DNA from: Eledone cirrhosa
Lineage: Eukaryota
Assembly (NCBI GenBank): GCA_964016885.1
Contig: CAXHJY010001514.1
Coordinates: forward strand, 124,001 to 188,000
Direction: 5' to 3'
DNA length: 64,000 nucleotides
Shown here: positions 1 through 11,899 of the stretch, piece by piece
Position numbering within the stretch: the stretch's first letter is position 1
How the letters are laid out: each line of letters starts with the position of its first letter
Translations under genes and position numbers: made by a program
The notes under the pieces: generated by a model
The model's input: the letters and a program-made list of their open reading frames with translations, nothing else
What the model was told of the DNA's origin: nothing
Databases searched by the model: none

Positions 1-2878
1 TTCACCTGGCATTTCCTGGCACTTCTTCACCCATCGGTCATCCTCCATGCGCATCACATGTCCATACCACCTCAGTCTCCTCTCCCGTACACTACATTCT
101 ATCCCTCTCAGACACAGTTTCTCTCTCAACACATTTATGCTGGGTCGTTCACGCACATTTACACTGCACATCCAACGGAGCATGCTTGCCTCATTTCTCT
201 CCAGCCGTCGCATATCCTCTGCAGTTGCTGCCCATGTCTCACTAGCATGCAGCATCGCGCTCCTCACACAGGCATCATACAACCGGCCTTTCGTACGCAG
301 GGAGAAACCCTTCTTCGTCAACAGAGGAAGCAGCTCCCTAAACTTCTTCCAACCCGTCCTTATTCTAGATACTATGGCCTCGGAACACCCTCCTCCCATG
401 CTAATCTGATCTCCTAGGTACCGGAAGCTATCCACCACTTCTATAGCGCCCTCTTGCATTTGAAAAATGTGTCTATCAGTGCAACTTCTACTATCTAATT
501 TCCCTGTACATCTACTGCATACATATTTCTCCCTACCTGTTAGTTTGCCTGCTATCCCGCTACATCTCTTGTGTACCCAGGATCTGCATTGTGTGCATTT
601 TATAGAATTTATGCCAGTTCCTTTTCTGCATATCGAACATTGCCATTTCCCTGATGGAATCAGGGTTTTGTCCTCTTTTCTACTCATCAACACTTTTGTC
701 TTAGCTAGATTCACTCTCAGTCCTCTTGCTTCCAACTGCTGTTTCCATAGCCAGAATTTATTCTCTAGCTCCTCTACCGATTCTGCTATAAGAACCAGAT
801 CGTCAGCATAGAGAAGTTCCCATGGACAGCCAGTCTTAAACTCCTCTGTTATGGCTTGGAGGACTATAATGAACAGGAGCGGGCTGAGGACCGAGCCCTG
901 ATGTACTCCTACTTGTATCTGGAATTCCTCACTAAACTCCATTCCTACCCTGACTTTACTGAGAGTACCTCTGTACAAAGTTTGCACTGTCCTCACAAGC
1001 CATTCCTCAACACCTAGCTTCCTTAGGGACCACCAGATGACAGATCGGAGTACCCTATCAAAGGCCTTCTCTAGGTCAACAAAGGCTAAGTATAGTGGCT
1101 TATTCTTCTCTAAGAACCTCTCTTGCATTTGTTTCACCAAGAAGAGGGCATCTGTTGTACTCTTCCCAGGCACAAAACCAAACTGCATCTCATCTAGTTT
1201 GACCCTTTCTCTAATTAGTTGTGCTAAAATCCTTTCTGCCACTTTCATAACCTGATCTATCAGTTTTATACCCCTATAATTGCTCCTCTCCAAAGCATCC
1301 CCTTTACCTTTGTAGCAATTTATGAGAATACTGCTGCACCAGTCTTTGGGTATGACACCACCATATATAGCCTGATTGATGATGCGTGCAACCAGTTTAG
1401 TGCCTACGTCCCCTGATGCCTTCAGCATCTCAGCAACTATTCCCGATGGTCCGGCCGCCTTACCATTTTTCATTTCCCTAATCACCTCTTGGACCCTATA
1501 TTCGTCAATCTCAATAGCTGGTCCCTCTGTCGGATCTACCAAGGGTAATTTCTCTCTCTCCCATTCGTTCTCCACATTCATCAGTCTCTCATAATGACAT
1601 TTCCAGGCCTCCTTTTTCTGATCATTCGTGACACTAAGTACACCGGCATCATCCCGGACACATTTATCTCCAACAACAACCTGATTTGCATTGACACACT
1701 GCCTTGCAATGTGGAACACCGCACGCCTCTAATCTTCCCGTCGCAGAACATTGGCAAACCTACTCTCTGCCTCCCTGCGTGCTAAGTACACCTGACGTCT
1801 AGCTTCTCTCTTAGTGGCTGTATATTCTTCCCTACTCCCACCCTTTTTACAAACCTTCCATGCTAGTCTTTTGTCTCTAATAGCCTTATCTACTGTGCTG
1901 TTCCACCACCAGGTCACTCTCTGTCTGGTTGGAGCTCTGCTCCAGCCACAGGTTTCATCAGTAGCCTGCAGCAAGTTGTCACGTAAGAAATTCCAGTTAT
2001 TATCTATGTCATACGTCTCTAAATCGTCTTCTTTTTCGTCATATACATCTTGAAGGGCTTTCCTAAATTTGTATTTTAGTGAAAGGTCTTTTAGCTTCCA
2101 GACCTTTCTTCTCCACACCTTCCTATATGTCTCATTCCATCTCTTGCTTACTGAGATATCACTAACAACTAACCTATGCTGTGGGGTACATTCTTCCCCA
2201 GGGTATGCCTTGGTATTAGACACTATCTGTCTGTCCCGCTGCCTAACTAGCAAGAAGTCAATCTGGCTTATGTGCTCACCAGATTTGTAGGTTATTAGGT
2301 GATTGGCAGGTTTCTGGAAGTTTGTGTTGCAAATAGTCAATGTACTCGCATCACAAAATTCAAGAAGTCTCACTCCTTCTTCATTTCTTGAACCATAACC
2401 GTGCCCCCCATGTACCCCAGTGTAACCATCCTGGAGCTGTCCAACATGACCATTGAAGTCTCCTGCTAGCATAACGATGTCTCCGTCCTCTGTCATTGTG
2501 GTTGTTTGCAAAAGTTGCTCATAAAAGCAGTCTTTCTCATCTTTGCCTAGGCCTGCTTGGGGAGCATAGACCGAGATGATTGTCAGTAGTCTCCTACCTA
2601 CAACTAATCTAAGCTTAATTATTCGATTACTAACTCGAACTACCTCTATTGTCTTATTGATCCATTTCTCAGCCAGGAAAATGCCTACTCCCCCTAGCCC
2701 ATCATCCTTACCTACCCAGAATAGCTTATAGCTAAGACGCTTGCCTACGACTGGTCTCGCAGAGGCACCTCTCCATCTCACCTCTTGCACGCAGCACACA
2801 TCCACCTGCCTTCTCTCCAGCATCTCCGCTATTTCAGCAGATCTACCTCTGAGAGTGCCAACATTAAGTGTTGCAACT
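1..2878 (-). mobile_element. RTE-clade non-LTR retrotransposon (APE endonuclease + RT), runs off the left edge, one in-frame stop
   Basis: The minus frame reads [42 protein letters not shown] (endonuclease). After a single TAG at 1729-1731 the same frame continues NYRGIKL..QFGF..FVDLEKAFD..VGVHQGSVLSPLLF..LLYADDLVL..FRYLG..RLRWYGHVMRM. The 5' end abuts a (TA)n tract. Confidence 0.95.
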
Positions 2879-2912
2879 TATATATATATATATATGTATA
2901 TATATGTATATA

Positions 2913-2998
<86 letters not shown>

Positions 2999-3029
2999 CA
3001 TATATATATATATACATGTATATATATAC

Positions 3030-3061
<32 letters not shown>

Positions 3062-3298
3062 GTATATATATGTATATATATATATATATTTATATATGTA
3101 TATATATATATATATTTATATATGTATATATATGTATATATATATGTATATATATGTATATATATGTATATATATATGTATATATATGTATATATATATG
3201 TATATATATGTATATATATATGTATATATATGTATATATATGTATATATATATGTATATATGTATATATATGTATATATATATGTATATATATGTATA
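2879..3298. repeat. (TA)n / (TATG)n microsatellite
   Basis: Direct reading. Confidence 0.95.
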
Positions 3299-3392
3299 AG
3301 AAGATCCCGTTAAGGGTGAAAGCAGCGATTCTTTGCTTAAACTTTAATCTGTTATTTTAATAAATATATATATATATATATATACATATATA

Positions 3393-4135
3393 TCATCATC
3401 ATTGTTTAACGTCTATCTTCCACGCTAGCATGGGTTTAGACGGGAATTGTCCCACGTGAGGCAAGATTGGTTGTCTTGCTCGTATAGGACTGTCTGGCAG
3501 GTTTTCTACGGGAACTTTTTACCGTGTTACCTACACGACCACATTACAGCGTGGACTGTGTGTTTTTTTTTTTTTTTTGTCATGACACCTACACCACCTC
3601 ATTTATTTAGGACTGGATGTTGTGGAACCAACATAACTTTACAGAGAAAGGGGTGGTGTAGATGGGGGTAGGGGTAATGGGATGGGGTGTATTTTTGGTT
3701 AAGAGGTGCCTACTGACTGTAGGTTTCGCTTTGTACTTAGGCAAGGCGGGTCTTCTGTATTACTGTGTAGCACCAAAGATCTCGGTCCAGTGACATTGTC
3801 TTGGAGGGGTGTAAGTGTGCAAGATCAGTTTTTATCACCTCGTCCCAGGTTTTTCTGGGTCTGCCTACTCCGTAGCTTCCATCTAATTTGTACGCCCTGC
3901 ACTTTTTTATACAGCTTTCATCTTTCATGTGCATCACGTGACCATACCAATGTAGTCTTGTCTCGAGTAAACAGCATCTGATCCCTCTTATTCCTAATTT
4001 CTCACTTAGTTCATTTATGCTTTGCCATTCACGTATATTACTATTACACATCCAGCAGAGCATGCAAGCTTCATTCCTTTCCTGTCTGAGCAGGTCCTCT
4101 ACACACAATGCCCAGGTCTCACTGCCATGTAACAT
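3393..4135 (-). mobile_element. RTE LINE 3' fragment (RT C-terminus, 3' UTR, (GAT)n tail)
   Basis: ORF MLHGSETWAL..RLHWYGHVM..GRPRKTWDEVIKTD resembles the C-terminus of the element at 1-2878. The 3' UTR matches 30919-31429 and ends in ...GACGTTAAACAATGATGATGA. Confidence 0.9.
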
Positions 4136-4178
4136 ATATATATATGTGTGTGTGTTTGTGTAAATGTGTGTGTATAAA

Positions 4179-4214
<36 letters not shown>

Positions 4215-4759
4215 TATATATTTATATGGGGTGAGGACCTCCTTCAATCATGAATGACCCTGCACCTAGAAAGTTGCCCTCTGAGGCAACAGTCCAGGCA
4301 GGATTGTTTGTGGAAGGCCACCCATGCATGCCTGTCTCCCCATCACCAATGTTGTCCAGAGGAGGAGCAGTACATCTGTGGAAGTTTGTTATGTTGTCCC
4401 TCGGGCCAGGATCTCTTGGACAGTATTGGTGGCGTGGGGACTGGTATCCATGGGTGATTGTTGCTCTTTCACAAATACGCCTTGCCCAGGCTTGGTGCAA
4501 ACCTATGGTCATTAGTGACTGGTACGGGCCACTAGATATGCATATATATATATAGATACGTGTATATGTATTTAAATATATATGTATATATATATATACA
4601 CATACATATATACATATATACATATCTAGTGGTGCCATCCTGTTCCTCACTGAAATGTGGTTGCAGCACCCTGACTGTGGTTCAGCTGTGAGAGGAGTTT
4701 GGCGTGGTCAACTGGCCTGTTCCTACTCAAAACGGTGCCATCCAGTTCTATACTGTAAA

Positions 4760-4931
4760 TATGGTTGGTGTTAGGAAGGGCATCCAGCTGTAAAATCCCT
4801 GGCCAAATTTACAGTCCCATTGGAGCAAGGTACAGCATGGCCAATTTTGGTCAGACTTATCTCCCAACGTGGACAACCCATCTGACCCATGCAAACATGG
4901 AAAAATGGATGTTTAACAGTGATGATGATGA
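4760..4931 (+). mobile_element. SINE/RTE-type 3' end repeat (GGTGTTAGGAAGGGCATCCAGCTGTA...CCCATGC...GATGATGAT)
   Basis: Related copies at about 6720-6870(-), 10330-10445(+), 19845-19935(+) and 54773-54935(+). Shares its 3' end with the RTE 3' UTRs. Confidence 0.75.
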
Positions 4932-7114
4932 TATATATAACATTATATTAAACATTAGCAGCTTGCACTTTCTCTACTCTTTAATTTATACCTTAACTGA
5001 AACCCTTTGATAATACAACCCCTGGTGAGCAGGTTACTGTCGCTTGCCTTTAGTTTGACCCTGGTTATGTTAATAAATGACAAAGTGAAACAGCATGCAT
5101 AAGAATGTTTCTCTGGGGAATCAAATATGGTTGAAGCTGCCTTGTTCGGCAAATCTTCAATAGCATCACGCAGAGGCTGTTGGTACCATTGTAAAAGTTA
5201 TCATCAGCTTAAAGAAAAGTAAATTTCAATAAAAAGAAAGGAAATAACCCGAAAACGAGCTCCTGATTGATGGTTGTCTGGACATATTTTTACAAACATC
5301 ACAAATCCTAGCTATTGCATTTCTTTTACACTTCCCCCCCCCCCCCCCACCATCTTTTCTCTCCCTCCTTGCTTACAATTCAGTAAAAATTAGGCAGTTT
5401 ATAATAAAACATTGACTGACAGACAATATGATATACTTTCACACGAGAACCTTGTCACATTGCCATCCACTAATGGCCGTATGCAAATAGCTAATGGAGT
5501 AAATGGACCCATAACTGTACTCCGCCCATCTGTCTTAAATGGAAGACCAGCAGTGTTTGTAAGTGGCAGGCATATACGTACACACAAGTCTCATCTGATT
5601 TATGGACAAGTTGAAAGTAAAATAGGGATTATATCATTCCTAAACAGTGTCGCTATCATTAATGAAGACCCTTACACTGAAGAAACTACTGGTTTACCGT
5701 AGCAAGATGGTGGTAGATAGCTACCTGTCCACTTTCGCCGAGCCTTTCAATACAACCTACCATTATTTGCTTTGAATATTCTAATTTATTCACAATTTTT
5801 TGTTGTTTTTTATTGTTGTTATTTTTTGTGTAGGGAGTAAATTTTATATTTTATTTTTTCTGTTTTTTATTATTTTTTCTGTTTTTATATTTTTGTTTAA
5901 GAAAAATAGTCTGAAGCCTTCAATATTTATTTAAGACTTTTTATATATATTGTTTTTTTTTTCCTTCTATCTTTTGTTTGTTTTTCTATTTTGTTTCACA
6001 AATTATTGAAAATTTGTAACACAACCTAATTAGAATACAAGAGTTGTTTGAACTAGAATTATAAAACAGCTTTTTATGGTCAGGAGATAAGAAAAATATA
6101 TATTGCTGGAATTTATACCATATAATTTCCTTGCTTTATCTTAAGTTATTCCTTAGTTTATGTCAACAGTGAAGCCCTAGCTCTCCATGCTGGAGCATTG
6201 CCTTGAAGGATTTAGCTGACCAGATGGACTCCTGTACTTATTTTTTAATCTTGTACTTATTTTAACAATCTCTATATGTTTGACTGCTAAGTTACATGCA
6301 TAAACAGCACTGGTTGTGAAGCAGTGACAACACAACACAAATGCAAAAAATAAAACAGTTGTAAGAAAATCATTGGAATCACATTGGTGATGTGAATATG
6401 ATGTGAATATGTACAGGAATATATGAAGCATGGAACCAAGGGAACAGACAAGTATAAGAATGACATCAGCAGTTGTATAAGGCTCAGGTGCAGGACATAT
6501 ACACACATAAAAGTCTTCTGCTCAATTTTTATCAAACCAAATTTTATTCTCAAGGCATAGGTCACCTTGGATCTCTTGCCAGTTGGTTCTGCTTGTAAAA
6601 TCTGTCCAGAGATTCTTTCCTGAGACATTCTAACCACATGTCATTAGTATCAGAGCTGTGCACATAGTACCGTGTAACTAACCAAATTTGAAAAACCAAC
6701 CAACCTATGCTTACATTATTATCATCATCAATAACTTAAATCCCCTTTTCATGCTGGCATGGGTTTGACATGTTCCCATGGTCAAAGACCTGAAGGGTTC
6801 AGGTGACCAATTTTCCCCTTTATGTTCTATATTTGATGTGGATTTTATAGCTGGATGCTCTTCCTAATGCCAACTATCTTACAGGGTGTACTGGGTGTAT
6901 TTTTCCATGACACCAGTGCAGGTACAATTGTTGCAATACAACTCTCCCACTTTACAGAGTGGACAAGGTGCATTTCATCATGGTAACAACACTACGGGGT
7001 GTACTAAGTGTATTACTAAGTCTATTCTATTGTGACATTAGCGCTAGAGATGTTACATGCCAAACATGAGGGTCCTCTCTAATCCTGTATTGTCTCTGTT
7101 TAATTTCAGTTCTG

Positions 7115-7537
7115 AAACACTGTAACTTGCAGTTTGTCACCACATTTAGTGTCACCTTTTACTGGTGGGTAGTACATTCTATAGTAAACACTGTAACTTG
7201 CAGTTTGTCACCACATTTAGTGTCACCTTTTACTGGTGGGTAGTACATTCTATAGTAAACACTGTAACTTGCAGTTTGTCACCACATTTAGTGTCACCTT
7301 TTACTGGTGGGTAGTACATTCTATAGTAAACACTGTAACTTGCAGTTTGTCACCACATTTAGTGTCACCTTTTACTGGTGGGTAGTACATTCTATAGTAA
7401 ACACTGTAACTTGCAGTTTGTCACCACATTTAGTGTCACCTTTTACTGGTGGGTAGTACATTCTATAGTAAACACTGTAACTTGCAGTTTGTCACCACAT
7501 TTAGTGTCACCTTTTACTGGTGGGTAGTACATTGTAT
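7115..7537. repeat. 71-bp minisatellite, about 6 copies
   Basis: Unit AAACACTGTAACTTGCAGTTTGTCACC...CATTCTATAGT starts at 7115 and again at 7186. Confidence 0.95.
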
Positions 7538-8267
7538 GTAGAAATAAGTTGTTAAACATTTATGAGGAATAATTTGAAATGGAATTGGAAGAATGGAGGA
7601 TAAGTCAAATAATTGTCATGGTGATACATCATCATCATCATCATCATCGTTGTCATCACCATCATCACCACTTCCATCATTGTCACCATCATCATTGCCA
7701 TCACCACCATCATCACCACCACCACCATTTAATGTCCATTTTCCATGCTAGCAAAACGTTCCGGTCTAGATTTAGTTATATTACTAAATAAACTCAAAAT
7801 TCTTGATTATTTTCAAGATTAATTGAAAGTCATGGGCAGCATTGTATCTTAGAAATATGATAATGAAAGGGTTAAACATAATAAATGGCAAATTGATGAT
7901 CTTAACAAGTGATAATTTACAGTGTGTGGTCTATTTGTTTGAATATACAATCAGGATCCCTCACTGGAATATACAATCATTGTTTAGTGCTATCAATAAA
8001 CAGGATCTGATTAAATAAGGCCAAAGTAATTTATTGTGTCCAAACCGTTTGTTTGATTCTGTCATTGGGGTTTTCTAGTAACCAAAATTTCAGAATGTCT
8101 ACTGACTCAGTGAATCTTAGAGGTTGTTTCCCTGGAGAGAATGAAACATTCAATTTAGGATTAGTGAAGCATACAGTAAATTTACTTTAGTACTAATGCT
8201 GAAGAAATTCTTGGGAAAGAGGCTCAAGCAATAGATGTTAGTTTAGAAATCTTCTGATACCTCAGCA

Positions 8268-8657
8268 TATCAACTATATTTTACAGAAGTTATACAATGG
8301 TGGGAATATTTTGTTATCTGTTATATATAAGTATATTATGTCAACTATATTGTACAGAAGTTATACTATGGTGGGAATATTTTGATATATGTTATATATA
8401 TATATATATATATATTATGTCAACTATATTTTACAGAAGTTATACAATGGTGGGAATATTTTGTTATCTGTTATATACAAACATATGTCAACTATATTTT
8501 ACGGAAGTTATACCATGGTGGGAATATTTTGTTATCTGTTATATATAAACATATTATGTCAAGTATATTTTACAGAAGTTATACAATGGTGGGAATATTT
8601 TGTTATCTGTTATATATAAACATATTATGTCAACTATATTTTACAGAATGGTGGGAA
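8268..8657. repeat. ~70-bp minisatellite, about 5.5 copies
   Basis: Unit TCAACTATATTTTACAGAAGTTATACAATGGTGGGAATATTTTGTTATC... Confidence 0.9.
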
Positions 8658-9011
8658 AGGTAAAAAAGGTCAGATCTGGTTGTTATAGGAAAGTAATGGA
8701 AAGGACTATAAATGCCATAAATGAGAAGAAAAGGAGGGCAAGAGCAAGGACTATTAGGTAATGGAAGAAAGAGAGGGGGAAGAAAAGACGGCGACAGACT
8801 GTGTGCCTAGGTCAAGGTGGAGTTTCAGCTGTGGCCCACAGACAAAACTCCAAAGGCATTTCCAATTGCCAGCGACACCCACAGCAACAGCCACCCCACC
8901 TTATAAGGCTCCTTCTAGAAGCTCTCAGATTCCTATAGAAGAAAGAAAATTAAGACATTGAACTGGGGGAAGGGGGGGGCATGGTGTATAACATTATATT
9001 AAATACAAAAG

Positions 9012-9205
9012 GGTGGTGGATTGGCAGTATCGGTAGAGGGTAGGACGCCATGATTTGCAGCAAAGAGTTACACTCCTTTATGGTCTGAGTTCAAATCCCA
9101 CCGAGGTTAACTTTGCCTTTCATCCTTACGGGGTCGATAAAATAAAGTACCAGTAATACACTGGAATAATTGCTGCCCTTGTGCCAAAAGTAGAAACAAT
9201 TATAT
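9012..9205 (+). mobile_element. tRNA-derived SINE (B-box GAGTTCAAATCC followed by CTTTGCCTTTCATCCTTACGGGGTCGATAAAATAAAGTACCAGT core)
   Basis: Near-identical partial copies at 20020-20152 and 38890-38986; degenerate copies at about 39715-39985 and 50150-50230. Confidence 0.8.
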
Positions 9206-9711
9206 TAAATACAAACCAAAAGTATAATACAAGAACTACTTACACATAATGCATCTCAAATGGGTTCAACAGAAGCAGTTCTTGTTACCTTATATTAAAT
9301 CTATCTGTTCTGTTTGTTTTATCATCATACCAGCAGAAAGACTTATTTTTCTGTTGCATGATCAAGCATTTTAAAATGGTACTCTCAAATCATGTGAAAC
9401 CATTTTGCTGGTTTGAGAGCTAATGAGGGTGAAGATGTGTAAACTTGTCTTATACATCACCTTTCTTTATTTCCTTCTTCCAGTCACTTCTGTGTACCAA
9501 CACCCTTGTCCTCCTCCTCTTTCAATTTTTTCTATATTTAATCTACCTGTTACCCACCTTGTGGATTGTCTATGTTGACCACTGGCTGCTGGTCTGTCTT
9601 CTGAGGCAATTTTGCCCATTACTGCCTTTGACAGTATTTGGTTGTTCTAGAGATGGGATTTCTCATTTTTTATTAAATCAAATATTAAATATTTTCATTT
9701 CTATATTTCAG

Positions 9712-9801
9712 TCAGTTGATGGATTTGCTTTTGCACTTGCAAGTGACGGACGATTCCTTTATGTATCGGAAACTGTATCTATCTATCTCGGATTGTCACA
9801 G
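9712..9801 (+). CDS. trh: trh/NPAS1-3 exon, start of PAS-A ([30 protein letters not shown])
   Basis: Acceptor tttcag, donor GTAAGG, phase 0-0. Confidence 0.95.
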
Positions 9802-9877
9802 GTAAGGCAGACAGTCAGCACTGGATTTTTATAACAATTTTTCCTTCATTAGTATACCTGTCTTCCTTCTTCATGTT

Positions 9878-9973
<96 letters not shown>

Positions 9974-10530
9974 TGCATATATATATATATATACACACAT
10001 GCATATGTATATGTATATAAATATACACACACACATATATTCACATGTATGTATGTATAGTTGAAGATTAAAAAAGATAAACACAGAGATACAATCACAC
10101 AAAGTCTTATTAGTTTTAATAAAAAGATATATTGATCTGACACTTCCTACCACGCTCCCATTATGTCTTCCTAATTTGGTCAGAATTGTTTAGTTTGGCT
10201 TTTACACAAACCTCGTTCTTCTGGATTACCTGCAGTCTGACTGAAACCAGTAAAAGGGTAAAAGAATATGTATCCAGTGTATTTGTTTTAGAATAGTTAC
10301 ACTGTATCCTTGTAAGACAGGCTAAAGGATTGTTATAGGGAACGGCATTCAGCTATAAAATATTGCCTCAAAAAGTCCTGTCGAACCCATGCCGGCACAG
10401 AAATATTGATGTAAAAATTTATGGTTATGGTGCTGATGATGATATATAATCTTTTTGCAACTGTTTTCCATGCTTGAATTATTTATTTGTGAAATTGGGG
10501 ATAAACATTAGTTAAGTGTATACATCAATA

Positions 10531-10616
10531 TTTAATATAGAAATAGCTTCTACAGGACTGATGATTTCATATGAATGAAACAGCTCTAGTCCTGTAGAAA
10601 CTATTTCTATATTAAA
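10531..10616 (+). ncRNA. Degenerate type I hammerhead motif closed by a ~27-bp stem
   Basis: ...CTACAGGA CTGATGA TTTCATATGAAT GAAA CAGCTC TA GTCCTGTAG...; the stem I register is off by one nucleotide. Confidence 0.45.
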
Positions 10617-10679
10617 AAATGATATATTGTGTGTGTGAATACATATATCATCCTTTATCATCTATTTTCTCCTCTAGGG

Positions 10680-10722
<43 letters not shown>

Positions 10723-11267
10723 TTCCCCTGAAGAATATAATTGACTCTGTTAGAGAGATATTCCTGCAAGAGGAATTATCCTTTCCCTGCAAGGGGTAGA
10801 AAGAAAAATTGCCTTCAAATATATAATTTGAACCCCTTTATTTTCGACATGTTTTATTTTTATTTTCCTCCCTTTTTTGCAAGTCCTTACTCTTTCCCTC
10901 CTTTTCTCCTCCATTTATGGTATTTATAGTTCCTCTCCTCTACAACCAGATCTGCCCTGCTTTACCCCTTCCCCTTTTTTTCATTATTTAATTTTGTTTT
11001 TATCTTTTTTCAATATTGTCCATCATTGTATAACTTCTGTAAAATATTGTTTACATATCTGAAATAGACTGCAATTCCTGGAAATTGTATTCTGTCTATG
11101 GAACATGGGAAAATGTTTGATAAATAGTTTTCTAAGATATTGTAGTTGAAGATAATTGTTAAGGTCAGGTGTATCATCCTTAAAACTGGAATAGCGGGGC
11201 TGGATTCACACCATATATTACACGCACCAACTTAGATTGGGTAGAGGTAAAACAAATAATGCTTGAT

Positions 11268-11371
<104 letters not shown>

Positions 11372-11475
11372 CTCTCCCTATCTATCTATCTCTCCCTATC
11401 TCCCTATCTATCTCTATCTGAATCTCTACCTGTATATAAATATATATATATATATATATATCTGTCGTCTCTCTC

Positions 11476-11506
<31 letters not shown>

Positions 11507-11631
11507 ACATATATACATAGATTGATAGAGAGAGAGGGGTGGGAGAGAGTTAATTCCATAATAATTACCAAACCATACTTGAGAACATGTGTTTCACCCA
11601 AATAATTTGGGTATAACCTTCTAATTTTTCA

Positions 11632-11685
<54 letters not shown>

Positions 11686-11720
11686 GATACATATATATAT
11701 ATATATATATACATATATAG

Positions 11721-11777
<57 letters not shown>

Positions 11778-11899
11778 TACATAAATTATCTTTTGGTAGT
11801 GTGATTTCGTAAATCTATTAGTATATTTTACTCACAGTAGTAATTCTAGTTGAGTGTATATTTTAAAGATATGTGTGAATTTTTCTTTTAACTTCCCGA

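Noticed and set aside
4950-9700. Search for trh bHLH exons, including ORFs 5412-5702 and 8761-8961
   Set aside because: No KEKSRDAARSRR, LDKASIIRL or GTHILQ-like sequence recognised; these exons probably lie upstream of the window
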